Below are positions 63,801-64,000 of a stretch of DNA of 64,000 nt, piece after piece. The stretch lies in IMG/VR virus record IMGVR_UViG_3300034072_000926, positions 186,001-250,000 of that record; one strand, written 5' to 3'. The first letter of the stretch is position 1. The number at the start of each line of letters is the position of its first letter. A program made the position numbers and the translations under genes. Under the pieces are notes generated by a model. That model was not told where the DNA came from. It did not search any database and saw nothing but the letters and a program-made list of their open reading frames with translations.

Positions 63801-64000
63801 AAGCTAAAGAGATCATTGAAAGTCGTGTCTTCGCGGGTCTCACTGAGGTCCCACTTCAACACACCAATCAGGTTGTTGATCTTCTTGTCAATGATCGTGT
63901 CTTCCATCGACGCAGAGTCGAAAGGAAGTTCCTTATACCACTCCGGAATGTTGAGCTCGTCGATTGGATAGGCAACGCTGTCCATCTTCAACGGGTTTGG
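63797..64000 (-). CDS. Family B DNA polymerase, C-terminal end (5' part outside the window)
   Basis: 'AYPIDE...PEWYKELPFD...M...IIDKKI.N.IGVLKW' and a terminal clamp-binding-like 'FNDLFSF'. Confidence 0.7.
   Translation of the reverse strand, partial: PNPLKMDSVAYPIDELNIPEWYKELPFDSASMEDTIIDKKINNLIGVLKWDLSETREDTTFNDLFSF

Noticed and set aside
1-64000. Genome-wide TAG reassignment (alternative genetic code)
   Set aside because: Long genes, including 3516- and 1070-codon ORFs, are intact in the standard code and coding density is high. I found only two in-frame ambers that look functional.

Overview
A 64-kb segment of a jumbo myophage genome. Gene content and order resemble Rak2/GAP32/Atu_ph07-type jumbo phages. 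The ClpP and CysRS sequences and the promoter style suggest an alphaproteobacterial host, which is an inference. Bases 1-22.6 kb (+) are a late baseplate/tail module: a hub-like protein with a SleB hydrolase domain, a gp5/VgrG-like spike with an M23 peptidase, gp25- and gp6-like wedge proteins, a 3516-aa structural protein, two collagen-repeat tail fibres and a chaperone. Bases 22.6-64 kb (mostly -) are an early/middle region: ThyX, HNH nucleases, a Pnkp-like kinase/phosphatase, RNA ligase, CysRS, ClpP, MoxR/vWA, CoaD/CoaE, RNase H, a FolE/QueD/QueE + PRTase + kinase + glycosyltransferase cluster, an Ogg-like glycosylase, a probable sliding clamp and the 3' end of a family B DNA polymerase. 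The top candidate for an undescribed system is a localised amber (UAG) read-through circuit at 31.4-36.3 kb, in a genome that otherwise uses the standard code and rarely stops on TAG. It has four parts: an amber-suppressor tRNA(CUA) built on a tRNA-Gly body; a GlyRS-like synthetase with only the catalytic domain; a Pth2 peptidyl-tRNA hydrolase gene with an in-frame TAG at codon 8; and a leader ORF, also with TAG at codon 8, whose read-through would open an anti-SD hairpin. Other notable items are about 16 small paralogues sharing an A-x-x-F-K-L-x-W tail, a possible pre-replicative 7-deazaguanine pathway, and several structured RNA leaders. All protein calls are by motif recognition; no searches were run.
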